DNA from: Toensbergia leucococca
Taxonomy: Eukaryota
Assembly: GCA_022813965.1 (NCBI GenBank)
Contig: JALDZS010000049.1
Coordinates: forward strand, 1-64,000
Direction: 5' to 3'
DNA: 64,000 nt
The position numbers and the translations under genes are program-made. A model generated the notes under the pieces. The model worked only from the letters and a program-made list of their open reading frames with translations, did no database searches and had not been told where the DNA came from. Below, in pieces: positions 37,744-51,261 of the stretch (position 1 is the stretch's first letter; every line of letters starts with the position of its first letter).

Positions 37744-38980
37744 ATAATCGGTCTCTTTCCTGTGTATTCTACTGTACTTTATTTTCTCACTTTTGGAAAC
37801 TAAACCAGAATCTTCACACTCGACTACCCATCCGTTTTAAGAGCATGAGATATCAATTAAACAGGGCTACGTCTGTGACTCACTCAATAATATAGCTGTT
37901 CAACGGTCATGAAATCAGACACTTACTAAATAAAGAAAGGTAATATGAAACAGAATTGCTAGCCATAAGTTGTACAGCAGATATTTGCCATGGAGGTTCA
38001 AAATTGGGACTACTATGATCGATGGGCCTTTCTGAAGCTACCTAAGGTGGTCTAGGGACAAATGTACAAGTCAACGCGTTAGACACAATGTTATAGAAGC
38101 AACTAGAGCGTCTACATGACGACGTTGGAACTTTGATACCTAAGAACAACCTGGCCATGGAATGGATTCTGTAGAAATAGTGGAAAGGTTCAATCTGAGA
38201 CTGTCTGAGCAGTCTCAAAAGCGTTTGTCATTAAGATGGCACTATCGAAAAACAGGTAACGATTCAAGGGAGAAAAAGCATAGCAAAAGAGTCAACCTCA
38301 TCATTGAACCAGTTAGAGAGCATAAATAGAATTCTGGTTGTAACTTTTCTTGTATAGATCACGTCTACTTGAGTCCAAGCAAAGGTAGAAAGTCTAACCA
38401 TATGAAAGAACGTCTAGAAAATAAAATTACCGAAAGTGACCCTCAAACTGACGTCCATCTCAATGTTTGGATTTCCAATTTGAGGGTTGGCAGGATTGTA
38501 AGCTCGCTTGTATGCACTTATTGAGTACTGTGGTAATGACTTCCTTATGATGCGAGGGCATCGGAATTCTTGGACTACCTTACCTACCTAGGTAGCTAAT
38601 GCCATCCCTTGATCCTCTCCTGCCATACAGCGTGCCTCAGAGATAGTGGTTCTCCACGTGTTGATGATACGTTACGGAATACGGAGTATACTATCCATAG
38701 ATCTCTGTGAATGACGTTTTCTTAAGGTAAACAGGTTGCTGTATCATATATAATATGTCTGTCTCGGACAAGTGTGATGGAAGTACCAAGATAACGCATG
38801 AGCATTCTTCGAGGCATTTGAGGATTCGAACAAAAATTTTAGGGTACGAGGCTCAAGGGTACCCGAGCACGAAGCGAGAAATTTAGCCGAGCGAAGCTAA
38901 AACTAGCTTGCACACACAACTTTAAATCTTTATCGAATATCTTTGACGCCCACAACGAACAAATCGCAGAAGGCTCCAAC

Positions 38981-40268
38981 ATGTCTCACCGGAAGTTCGA
39001 AGCACCTCGTCATGGCTCTCTGGCTTTCTTGCCTAGGAAGCGGGCAAGTCGTCACCGTGGTAAGGTCAAGTCATTTCCAAAAGACAATCCCAAGGAGCCG
39101 GTCCACCTTACAGCTGCCATGGGTTACAAAGCTGGTATGACCACAATCGTTCGTGATCTCGACCGACCCGGAGCAAAAATGCACAAGAAAGAAATTGTTG
39201 AGGCTGTCACTGTCATTGAAACACCTCCTGTGAGTGGTCCGAAATCATCATGAGATTTCATCTACACTAGCTCACAAATGATCGTTAGATGGTCGTTGTC
39301 GGCATTGTTGGATATATCGAAACCCCCCGTGGTCTTCGATCTCTCACTACTGTCTGGGCCGAGCATCTGAGTGAAGAAATCAAGAGACGGTTCTACAAGA
39401 ACTGGTACAAGTCGAAGAAGAAGGCCTTTACCAAGTACGCAAAGAAGCATGCAGAGAACTCCGGCAAGCCAATCGCCCGTGAACTCGAACGCATCAAGAA
39501 ATACTGCACCGTTGTCCGTGTTCTCGCTCATACTCAGATCCGTAAGACACCTCTGAAGCAGAAGAAAGCTCATTTGATGGAGATCCAAGTCAATGGTGGC
39601 AGTGTGGCAGACAAAGTAGAATTCGGCCAAGGCCTTTTCGAGAAGGAAGTTGGAATCGATACAATATTTGAGCAAAATGAGATGATTGACTGCATCGCGG
39701 TCACCAAAGGTCATGGTTTCCAAGGCGTTACAAGCAGATGGGGAACCAAGAAGTTACCAAGAAAGACACACAAAGGTTTGCGTAAGGTCGCATGTATTGG
39801 CGCATGGCATCCTTCTCATGTCCAATGGACCGTTGCCCGTGCTGGTCAGGATGGATACCATCATCGTACCTCAGTCAACCACAAGGTCTATCGTATTGGT
39901 AAGGGTGAGGACGAGGGTAGCGCTTCGACCGAGTTCGACGTCTCGAAGAAGCGGATTACACCGTAAGTGTAGCAACCACATGATAAAACCACATGACTAA
40001 TCTTTGGATCAGTATGGGTGGCTTCGTGCGGTACGGAGAAGTGAAGAATGACTTCATTATCCTCAAGGGCTCAATGCCAGGTGTCAAGAAACGGATCATG
40101 ACCTTGCGGAAGTCAATGTTCACGCACACGAGTCGGAAAGCGCTCGAGAAGGTAGATCTCAAATGGATCGACACATCTTCGAAGTTCGGCCATGGAGCTT
40201 ACCAGACTCCTGCCGAGAAACGGGCTTTCTTGGGAGTCTTGAAAAAGGATCTGGTCACTGCAACCTAG
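38981..40268 (+). CDS. RPL3: 60S ribosomal protein L3 (uL3); introns 39230-39288 and 39963-40012
   Basis: [38 protein letters not shown] and DTSSKFGHG. Confidence 0.98.
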
Positions 40269-40711
40269 TCCTCAATGGTGTTTTACTTCCATTTACCTGT
40301 GGACATGGTGGTGCTTGCGGATCATGGAGGTAGAACATCTAGGAGCTTCCGTATCAATGGAGAAGTGCCTAACATACTTGCTCCCACTGTAAAGTATTTT
40401 ACTTCTAGTAAACCGAGGTAGGTGTCAGGAATGGACTGAATAATTTATGCCAAGACGTAGAATAGCCCGGGTTGTGACTACTTTGACCTGCATATATCAG
40501 TTCCAAATCTTCCATGTGTCAAGTATCCGTAAAGCAGCTTCTAGGACGTTTCAGGTCCAAACCCCGCGATCTGAGCTACTACGTGAACCGCACTTTGTCT
40601 ACAACATCAAATTGGGGAATCAAACGCTACGAGGCCGGAAACCTGACTGCAATCAAATCAGACAATTGGCATCTTGTCAGAAGTGATCGCTTGAAACCCC
40701 CACGCCAAACC

Positions 40712-41243
40712 ATGTCTTCAGACGATGCGTACAGCTCTTTTTTGGACCAAGCCAACCAGAACTCTGGTGTAAGCAAAGCCTCCGCGAAGTCAAGTTCGGC
40801 ACCACCCACGAAAGCCGTTGATACAGATGTACCAGCTAGTCTAAGCAAGATAGAGCAGTACTATGTTTCAGACGCAGATGAGCCATTTGAGCCAGTCAGT
40901 CTGAAATGGAGTGGAAATAACATGTCATCTGAGAGTACGTATGCTCGACGTCAACAAAAGCTCTTCTCTTGCACCTTGAATGGATGGACTGACGCTCTCA
41001 AGCACAGATGAATTTAAAGACCTCATCGAGCATACTTCTGAGATCTCAACCATGACTGTGCAAGAGTTTGATCCCAGGGAACAGTATTCCGAAGTCTTCA
41101 AGGCAGTGGAAAATTCAGGTGATGGCAAGGCAAGGATATTCCGGGTGCTCCATGGTAGTACGAGAATTGAATATTACGTCGTTGGGTTTGATAAGAATGG
41201 TAAGAGAATTGTTGGTCTGAAGGCCAAGGCGGTAGAGAGCTGA
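40712..41243 (+). CDS. Small acidic protein with a NuiA (nuclease A inhibitor)-like signature; intron 40935-41007
   Basis: YYVSDADEPFEPVSLKW and the C-terminal RIFRV...EYYVVG...IVGLKAKAVES resemble, from recall, cyanobacterial NuiA (FMSESEYPFEVFLW ... VYRLG..DVYVIG...LAGISTKVVET). Confidence 0.7.
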
Positions 41244-42468
41244 GGGGCGGAACGGGACAAAAGCAACTCTGTGACCCCCTGATGGATTTCTACTAGATAG
41301 GAAGGATGTTGCAGCTATAAAGATCAAGGCGTTTGAGGAAGAATGGTATTTGTTCGCAGCGAACTGGAGGATTTTGTCCGCCTTGTTTGTCTCACATGGA
41401 ATCTAGAGGGAATACCAAAATATCGAAAAAGGCAAGCCGATCTTGATGCAATGATATGTTCGTTGCATAAAGTCTTGGATTTTTGCAGAACGAAGCCAGG
41501 CCGCTGGTAATACCATAGTGGGCCTGGCTCTTATCATTGACATTCGTTACGCGTGCAAGATAATATTGTGAAATGAGGATGTGTACGATAAAAAGACTGT
41601 GTACTTGCTTTCCAAAGAATACTTGATAAATTCAAGCTATGGAATTGTATGCATTTTTTGAAGATCGTTTTCCACGTCGTTGGTAATACTCGTAGACACA
41701 AATATAAGGAGGCATGAGAGTTGAAAAGGCCTAAATTACAGCCTTAGTCGCACCTCATGATGAAACTTTTGCCTTGTGTGATATAAAAATAGATGCAATG
41801 GTTGTAGGATTGAATTGGAAATACTCGTAACGAGCGACTCGTAATCAAAAGAATTGATTCCGAGACATGTCACTTGTATGTGCAGCACCCAGGATAAATT
41901 GGGTCATCGCCAGCGCTGCAGGTGGGATTGAGTTGGGTGGCGAGAAAGGATTTCTTGAAGGCGCGGCTGAGGCTTGCCGGAAAAGTCATTGGCTCCCTTT
42001 TTAGAGGCCCTGCCAAGAACTCCTCCCCAATGTGCATCTCTTCAACATCAACCACCAACCACCGTCTCTGTCATTGTTAATGTGTACTGCCAACTGCATT
42101 TGCGACTCGTATTGACTCACGACCGTTCCTTCCTGACTGTGTCTCTCAATCACTCGTTCATCGCCTTTGACACATGCTCTAGCAAGTTCTCGTAGAGAAA
42201 GGAGAACATCGCGTTGGTCTCCCGATCCGCCGCAATCCAAACACGCCTCAGATCAAATTGCTCTCTTGGTGGCTCTTTGCGAAGTTGATACATCACCGGT
42301 GTCGTAGCAGGAGAGGAAGGCTGGCTCTTCCTTTCTTGCGACCGTTGGACTCGTAGCTCTCTCTTCGGCATCACGATTTCCAGCGAAGTCTGGAACACCA
42401 TTCTAGCAGACCACGATTCATCCTTGTCCCAGTGGACATCCGATCCCCTTATCCCCTTATCATCAACA

Positions 42469-44776
42469 ATGGCGGTTCCTAGACCATCATCACCTCCTCG
42501 AGCTCCTCTACATATCAGGCTAAATTCTGGCCAAGACGATCTTCTTACAAACGAGTCTTTGAGCGATCGTTCCTTGGCACCCGCCCAAAAAGACCCTTCA
42601 CGATCCTTGATTCCTCAAAGACCTGCGACAGCCCCTTCAATACGGAATCAACCTTCCTCAAGAGCTCTATATACCAACAACTCCGCCGAGTCAGCAGAAC
42701 GATTACTTCCTCCTTCAAGATCAAGAACACACAGACTTCGCGATGATGAGTCGCCTGGAGGATCCCCAGACCCTCCAGGATCATCAAGGAGAACAAGCTG
42801 GAGTTCTGAAGCGCAAAGTAGAGATAGCCGAATATATGGCTTGAACCCCTTTGACGATTCAAGAGCACCTTCGAGAGCTGGTAGTGACGAAGATAACGTC
42901 AATACGCAGACCGTTTCGGAGAAGTACAACATCTTGCCATCGGCAGGCCTTCTGTTATTTCCCGAAGATGTCGAGAAGGATGATTGGCTTCATAACCCTG
43001 ACCCGAACGAGAAGGAGATTAGAGAGTGCGATATCTTTACGAAGAGAGGAGTTGTCAATGTGGGAGGACTAGCACTCATCACTTTTGGACTCTTATGCCT
43101 CTTCATTGGATACCCTGTATTGTACGTTTATCCTGGCCTTCCTGCATGCCATCATCCGACAGAATTCCCAAGCAAGCTTCCATTTTCTCAGCTGATAATC
43201 GATGCCCAGGACTTTTGTACAAAAATACACAGATCCCCCCGATCCCTGTGCATCGGATCCGGATTGCATAAACATCGGCCCGATACCATTACTCAAGAAT
43301 GTGAGGACAGGATTAATAGACCCAGATACACCCAACTCTGCCAAAACAAAGACAGCAGCTGACGGCACAACATTGAACCTCGTGGTATGCTAGTCTCATA
43401 TAGTGCCCGAGTACTGTCATATCTGACTTGCTAGTAGTTCTCTGATGAATTCAACACCGACGGTCGAACATTTTACCCTAGCGATGATCCCTATTTTCAA
43501 GGTGTAGATTTGTGGTATGGTGTTACACAAGACTTAGAAGTCTGCTCCCCGTACAGTCTCTTTTTAAAAGGCATTTTACTGACGTCTGTCTCAGTGGTAC
43601 GACCCTGATGCAATCACAACCGAAGGTGGCGTCCTGGCGATTCGTTTCGAAGCTTTCCAGAATCACGGACTTAACTACCGGTCTGGAATGTTGCAGTCCT
43701 GGAATCAAATGTGTTTTCAAGGTGGCGTTCTAGAGGCTGCTATATCGTTGCCAGGAAGAGGTGATACGAGCGGATTCTGGCCTGGGTTTTGGGCCATGGG
43801 CAACCTTGGAAGACCCGGCTACGCATCTACCACTGATGGCCTCTGGCCGTACAGCTATTGGGACAAGTGTGATGCTGGAATAACCGCAAACCAAAGTTCA
43901 CCAGATGGGTTGAGTGCATTGCCAGGGATGCGACTTCCAGCTTGTACATGCTCAGGAGAGGATCATCCCTCGCCTGGAAGATCCCGTTCTGCGCCGGAGA
44001 TAGACGTTATCGAGGCCGATGTCGGATATCTAGGCCCAGGGGAGACCAATGCAATTGGCACAGTCTCTCAAAGTGCTCAATTTGCCCCTTTCGATATTTG
44101 GTATCAGCCTAATTATGGTGCGTCTAATCTACGGCCGACTACAAGAGCTTGAGGGCTTGCCTTTGCTAATAAGGCTGTAGATTTTGTGGAGGTTTACGAT
44201 ACGTCAGTAACAATGATGAACTCGTACCGGGGTGGTCATTATCAGCAAGCCCTGTCCGGATTAACAAATCTCAACAATGATTGGTACGATGGGCAGGCAT
44301 ATCAAACATACTCGTTCGAGGTCAATCCTGGTGCGGAGGGAAATATTGTCTGGAGCGTGGGGGATCAGCAAACTTGGAAAATGGATGCGCGATCAGTGGG
44401 ACCTAATGGCAATATTGGACAAAGGACCATACCTTCGGAACCCATGGCCTTGGTCATGAACTTCGGAATGTCACCTAGCTTCACCTTCCTGAATCTTACT
44501 GGGATCGAAAAAGTGTTGCCAGCGACGATGCGTTTCGACTATGTCCGTGTATACCAAAACCCTAACTCCCAAAGTGTCACATGTGATCCTCAGGGCTATG
44601 AGACAACGCCTTACATTTCAGCACACATGGATGCTTACACGAATCCAAACAAGACTTTATGGTAAGTCTCATCTATCCTGTCAATGAGCACAACATATTA
44701 ATACAGTAATTACTGCAGGGAGCAAACTCCCCATTCATGGCCTAAAAACACACTTGTCGATGGCTGTTCTGCATAG
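42469..44776 (+). CDS. KRE6: Beta-1,6-glucan synthesis protein Kre6/Skn1 (type II membrane, GH16-like); multi-exon
   Basis: DDWLHNPD, a TM helix ending [39 protein letters not shown] and APEIDVIEA. Confidence 0.93.
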
Positions 44777-45790
44777 ACGGTTTTTGAGTTCTTTTCCATC
44801 CTTTCAAATGACGGGCGAGCCAGACTTTGGTCGGCGGCTTGTCTCTATTCGATTCAACTTATGACATGCATAGCGAAGTGGGCGCACTGTTCCTCCAGTC
44901 CTGGGTCTGGAAATGTTAGGTCGGCATCATCATTTGCACTACGATTTTCGAAACGGCTTGGTAATCTACTTCTTTTGCGTATGCCTCGAAGGCTCATTAT
45001 TCACCTGCATCAGCGTTTCGTTGCTATGTATACTACCTATTCCTTTGCGCTGGGGGCTTTTTCGTTTGGGGTAGGCATCTTGTTTGCTGTCCTTTCTGGC
45101 GTTGTATTATCGCATCCCATGCGACATAGACATGTTGGCCAGAATGCGGCGCCTTTAGCTGGTCGTATATTAGATAATGTATCAGCATGGATAGAACATC
45201 TCGATTCGAGACCTGGCCTCCTTGGGTCGTTGACCAATTTGGTGAGGAGAAATGGATTATCAACTCAACATCGACGTGATCAGCCACGATATCTCAACCG
45301 TTACACAGCATCACATGCATGCAAATGACTCGTAACACATTTCTAATGAGCAAGCTATCACTTGCACCAAACTAACCCGCGATACTCTCGTCCGTCTACC
45401 TCAATTCAACTCCCTGTGTAAGTACCTTTCTTAACTCAACGCCTTTTCTATTAAGCTCAAGGACCGCTTAACTTGCTGCAACCACTCCAACGTACCCTAC
45501 TTCCACTTTCACATCTTTTCTCCATCTCTGGTTTTCCACTTCGCATTCGTTGCCAAATCTTCGACTGATTGCCTCAAAGCACCCCTTCCATTCTTTTGTC
45601 GTAAAACCCATCGAGTTCTCAATCTCTTGAAAAAGTCCGGCAAATCACAGCCAACTCCAAATCACCCACAGTTTCTTACCCCCACACATTTCTTCCCCCA
45701 TACAATCCCTAACATCATCAACACCCACCTGATCTCAACCTCAGTCACTCAGTTCCCACCCCCTTCCTCTCCACCGCGACACCTCCAAAT

Positions 45791-46335
45791 ATGATTCACC
45801 CCCACCACACCCCGACCCAAGACCGCCTCGCTCGGGGCAAAGCTCCCTTCTCTCCGCCCTCAGGCAACAGCCAAAATGCGAAAGGCAAAGCCTCCGCAGG
45901 CGCCTCGACGCAGAAGAGGAAAGACGGACAGGGGGGGATGGAGGCCGTGGAGATGTGGGAGGAGAGGGCAAGGAGGGATTCGGCGGCCCGGGTGGCAGGG
46001 AGCTGGGAGATGTTGGCTTGGTGCGGCATTGCCGAAGGGGAGGTGGGTTTGGCTATTTCTTCTTCTTCTCATCTTGCTATTGTTTTTTTTGCATTGCTAG
46101 AATTGTGTTGCTGCACTTAATTGAAGCTGACTCTGCCACATAATTGGCCGATACGCAGAGTATACCACAGACACGACTCCGATTTGAGAAGAAGATGATT
46201 GGGTTGAACACCGAGGACAGCGAGGATGAGTGGGGGGATGAAGTTGACGGGGAAGGGGGTGAGGGACGGGGGGGCATGACGAAGGCGAAGGAGAGGCTTA
46301 AGATGAAAGGTTCCGAGAGGAGGAAGAAATTGTGA
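45791..46335 (+). CDS. Small hypothetical protein; intron about 46043-46158
   Basis: Two ORFs join in frame through GTGGGT..CTGAC..CAG, giving ...SWEMLAWCGIAEGE-SIPQTRLRFEKKMIG, followed by an acidic/basic tail. Confidence 0.55.
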
Positions 46336-46772
46336 AGAGATGGCTCGGTGAGATATGGGTGGACTTGGGGAGCACTTCCGATCGTCTTTAGCGGCTGGTC
46401 GTTGAGACGTATGATAAGTTCTACTAGAGATCCGGGATACGATTGCATGGCTTTACGATGGGGTCAGATACGATCACGACTTATGTTTAGACGAAGATCC
46501 ATCTTTATGCTAGCACGACTCGAAGACAGGTCAGAAAGCAGCGGCCAGTAAATTTCAAGTTTCCGTGATGAATGCACATTCGAACTCTGGTCAGCCTGTC
46601 ACATTTCTTCGGAATGCCCTCTCGGCGACGCTTCCTCCTCATTGACCATGCTCTGCATGTCTCCCACTTGCTTCCTCGTGCTGATCTCTCGATCACGCAG
46701 CCTACACCTCATCGCTCGGGTCATCGTCAATCCTTGGGCGTCGCCGTTGCTAGCCCTCATGACTATTGATTG

Positions 46773-48326
46773 TTATTGTAGAGGCTCTACGCTGGAGGAA
46801 AGGCGATTCAAGTGGAGATAGACATCTGTGCCATATCTTCACCATAAAGTCCATTAGCCACTGTCCAGAATAAGCACGCCAGAACACAAAGACCTTACCC
46901 TTCCATACTGATAAGCTTCAGGTCTCCTCCAAAATACCGAGCATACAATCTACTAATGGGTAGACCATATCCAAATCCAGCCATGGGGGCTTTGAAATCG
47001 CTCTTATTAAAGTCCGGATCCAGGTTCGGCGTCGATTCAACAGTCGTGTACATATATGTCCACACCAAGGGTATCACAGATCTCGGGATCCCACCTCCTT
47101 CGTCCGATATTTTGATGGTTATGTCCTCCTTCCCTTCCGCTATAATGACTTTTGTCACGGGGAAGGCGTCTTTACCCTGGCCGTGCGTCTCCACCACGGC
47201 ACGCAACGAGTTCTTGAGCGTTTCAAAAAGCATGTGTGATAGATGACCAGGGACGTACATGAAATGAAGATCGGGGTTACAGACCAGTCGGACCTTTGGC
47301 GCCTCGAAAAGGGCGTAATGGTCCTCGCAAACGAACCTCGCGTTGTCGATAGCTTCCTGAGCAAGCTCTCGAACGTTCGTCTTCGTACATATTATACCGA
47401 CATAATTTGGCTCAGTGTGCTGCTTTTGCTCCGTGAGAGCAATATGCTGGCCTATCAACATCCGTATTCCGATTCGGGACATGTAAAAGCGATCTAGGAA
47501 GCTCTGGATGGTCGAGTCAATTTGCATGCGTTGCCGCTTGCGCTTGTACTCGAGGATGCCTTGAGCTACGACCGGTGTCAATACAAAAGCACTCGAAGTT
47601 GAATTCCAGAATTCTTACCAACAGTGGTCACTACGCTATCATGCCGTCGTTTAACAACTTCTAAAGCGTTGGAGAATCTCCTGTTATAGTCGTGTAGCTC
47701 AGGCGGCCAGTCTCCTGCGTCATCTATAGCGGCAAAATATCTCCTAGATGAACTCTTCAGACCATTCCCATTCCCATTGCCATTCGCCTGCGGTAATGAT
47801 CGATATTGACCACTCTTGAGGCTAGGATTGTGCGTGACTTCGCTGAGGACCTTAGACACACGTCCTTCCGGCTTCGATTGTCGGAGAAGCCGTTCTTTTA
47901 TGCCCGGTTCCAAGTTGGGCCGTCGAAGGTTAGTGATGTCCTGATAGTGCGTCAGTCTCCTGATATGGAATCGCTTGCTGTTGGGATGGTATGGTAACAT
48001 ACCTCGAATGATTGTGCATACCAGTCCTGGACCTTGATGATTGAGGGCATTTCGTTCAAGCCATCTGGAAGATTCTCCAGTTCTTGCACACGGTGGGCTA
48101 GGCGTATAGGCAATTCCTCGGAGAGGAATTGGGATGCGCGAAAAAGAGTGCCTAGCCATTGTATGCGGTCAGCTCATCGAGCTAGACATGTAAATTCGGA
48201 AAAGCCCTTACCTGTAGATGGTCTCTCCCCAAATTGGACCATCTGTCGTAGGCTCACCCCTGTCGCTGGGAAGGTGGAGTAATGCGTGATGGTGTCCATC
48301 AGCGCCGCCGATTTCTTCCATGACAT
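46773..48326 (-). CDS. Mitochondrial pyruvate dehydrogenase kinase (PDK/BCKDK family); multi-exon
   Basis: FPATGVSLRQMVQFG, FLDRFYMSRIGIRML, ETLKNSLRA, SDEGGGI, AGFGYGLPISRLYARYFGG and YGTDVYLHL. Confidence 0.93.
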
Positions 48327-48909
48327 CTTGCTTTTTCTAGGCCAGATAGCCTGCACACTGTAGCTAACGCCAAATTGTCCACAAGGAAGATGTCAACGCT
48401 CTGGAGATAGTTGCGTCCTTAGTCAGTCAGGCTTACAGTCTAGAATACTCAAGGCCCAAGATTGAGGTTTGACATTGGCTCAAAATTGAATTTCTTCGTA
48501 GGGAGTGATGAGGAGGAACGTAGGAGGAGATAATCAGGGATTGAGATTGAGTTCAAATAGCATCACATGAAACGCCATTCTTGTGTTATGGGTACCTGGG
48601 CATTTCTTGTGATCGAGTCATCCACTACTCCGAACTCGTCCCAACCCAGAGTCCCACCTCCCACTTCGCGCTAATTCATGTAACTTTAACTTCCCCACAA
48701 TTCGGCTCGACTTCTGTGCATGTGCGCCAAGTGGACGACTTAGCAAATGTGTTGCACGCCATTGGTAGAAGCACAGGCTCGTATTCTCTTACTCCTAGAG
48801 TGGATAAGCTGCCCTCAATTATCACGTTATACTTCAATTGCCTTGTTGTCATACTGACTTCATGGGGCCGAATGGTTCAATCTCCGACTTAAAAGTCAAG
48901 GGGAGGATC

Positions 48910-50370
48910 CCTTCTGGATGGCTACAGTCGTGCTCGACGACTCTGTGAGTGGAGATACGAATAGAACGCTGGGCGCCTTGGATATGGCATAGAAGGAATA
49001 ATGAGACTGAATACCGGATTTGACTCAACTTGGTGTAACACTTCCAGTCCTTCGCTCCTACTTGTTTCTCGATTGAATATATCAGTGCCGTTGCTCAGTT
49101 ACAACTGCATGTCTGCTATGTCTCAGAGCCTAGAGAGACTCTATTCACCTTTCACTACTATTGCTCTTATACCCCCTTCGGACCTTCCTCCTGTGAAGTG
49201 GGGAATCGATTGGGAGCACGAGCCCTTTGTGGCAACTCAACAATGTGGTTGGTTCTCCAGCGCGAGCCGATCGTACAGCCTTGAGGATTTGGCATCTCAC
49301 AGAGACCTTGGCATCAGAATCTTGGATGGGATTTCGTTAACGTCTACTCGCCAGAGTATCTAGAATCTGCAAGCACAATAGCCAAGCAAGAATGGCAGCG
49401 GCTTAATCTCACCTCGGATGGCTTTTGGAAAGGCGTGCAAAGTCGACGAGAGAGAAAATATGCTTTGGATAGGTTGATGCGTCGGCGATCCTAACACAGA
49501 CTTGGAGATCTTGGTCGATCAGATATCACCACGATTCATCGAAGTGTAATACGCATTATATCAAAAATTCCCCAATCCGCTGATGACGTCTCTCATAGTA
49601 ATGACTTGGATCGCCCTATACCATGGAGCTATATCTGCGACATGATTGTCAATAAGTATTCCAAGCGTCTAATACAATTTCAACGACTTCTTGATTTTGA
49701 AAATGACGCTTGGACTGGCACATGTACTACAGCTAGAAAACCATTCATTCTGGTTCGAGAGCGCTCGCAGGCTTTCATTATGCCGTTCTTGGAGTATCCA
49801 ACAGGTCGGCACAAAGAAATTCATTCCGCTCAAGCATCGAGGATCAAGGAGCAAGCTCATAAGCGCTGTAAACCTACATGTTTGCGAAGACCAGCGTATA
49901 CAGCCACTCACGAGAACGCGCCACCAGATGTGAATCACTCTTTCGGTCAGGCAATAGAGGAAGTAACGGATACTATCTGTTCAGTACTCATCTCCACGGA
50001 TATTCCATCGAGAAGGAGTGGAGTCGGACTTTTAACAATGATATACCGAAAGACGACAGATGGAAGAAGCCTTTCGTAGGCCAAAATCCTATCCTAGCAC
50101 GAAAAACTTGGAGACTTGACGGCATGGTTGGGCTGGGCTCCTCATTGGATAGGCTATGTGACTGGGATGTAGGTAAGTAGTCTGAGATTTCCATTCGGAA
50201 CGTTACCTTGCTGTGATGATAGTTGGCTAATATTCCTTTACAAAGAGTGCAAGTTTGCATCTCATACTGATACTAAGCTAATTTAAGTTCTATTTTGGGT
50301 TATATTCCAATGTGGCCTGTTTTTTCAGGCAATTACGTATAGAGAAGCACGCTTATCCAGAATTGCTTCG
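48910..50370 (+). pseudogene. Degenerate copy of a conserved uncharacterised fungal protein gene
   Basis: Colinear protein-like blocks RARRLCEWRYE*..GYGIEGIMRLNTGF, IPWSYICDMIVNKYSKRL, FIMPFLEYP, IEEVTDTICSVL and YIPMWP, broken by stops (e.g. TAG at 48962) and frameshifts. The family resemblance is from recall only. Confidence 0.55.
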
Positions 50371-51261
50371 TAGGTAGTCTAGAGGATATTGAATACGACT
50401 TGTGGCATCCCAGATGCTTGAAGGTTACCGATTTCCCAACTCGCTAGGCTGTCAGACAAAATGAGTTGATGGGATGCTGTCAGATCAAGCAGATACAATA
50501 CGTGTCCTGCTAAAAGAGCTTGGTTAGCATCGTGGTATTATTGCAAAGTATGTTATTACTTTGCAAAATGCCTAACGCGAGGTAATTGTAGCCGAAGTAT
50601 AAGCAGCCGAAACTAAATACTACACAGAGAAGAGGAGTACATTGAGAGGTACTTGTCAATGATTCAAAATCAGAACTTTTAGGGCCTGGCTAAAATGAAG
50701 TCAATGAAGCAGAGAAAGGGTGAGTGAACACATTTCAGTGAGGTTAAGTGATGAAAAGTGGGTGACAAGATTAGGTACCTACGAGTACGGGGTGCAAAGT
50801 CATGGCGCCTGACCCAATCTGGCTAGCGCCAAACTCTGATGGGCACCGTAGTGACCTCCGTCCTTCGTAAGTCCCCGTAGTCGTGAGTTTTAATACTGGA
50901 GATTTGGGAACCTCAGCATCAATCATCTCAGGATCTGGTCTCGATTGATTGATGGATTGCCTAGGTAAACATAAGTGCTACCGTGATTGACGCTACCCAC
51001 TTACTCGGAGACGCCCTCACTCATAGAACAGACAATTAGAGATGACCTTTTCGTCTCATACTATCAAAACTTGTGCATGGCAGGGTTTCATCTTGCCTCT
51101 CTATCATAGATTGTGTTGATATTTGTATGCTCCTCAATGCCATAATTTTCTTACCGTTCTCCGTAATTCCGTTACCATTCTTTTGTCACTCCTTCTCGCC
51201 TTCTTCAACCTTCTGCACACTTTCAGCACTAGCCACCGTTTCCGAGGTAGAATCAGGAAAC

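Noticed and set aside
37057..37745. Two minus-strand ORFs (83 and 106 aa) as a possible transposase
   Set aside because: They are chance ORFs within the MITE inverted repeats and have no DDE or HTH motifs.
38832..38846. RRPE-like AAAAATTTT upstream of RPL3, and GATAAG at 58488 upstream of RRP12
   Set aside because: These are plausible ribosome-regulon motifs, but too short to support without comparative data.
44861..45328. 155-aa ORF downstream of KRE6
   Set aside because: It probably lies in the KRE6 3' UTR and I found no recognisable homology. I cannot exclude an orphan gene.
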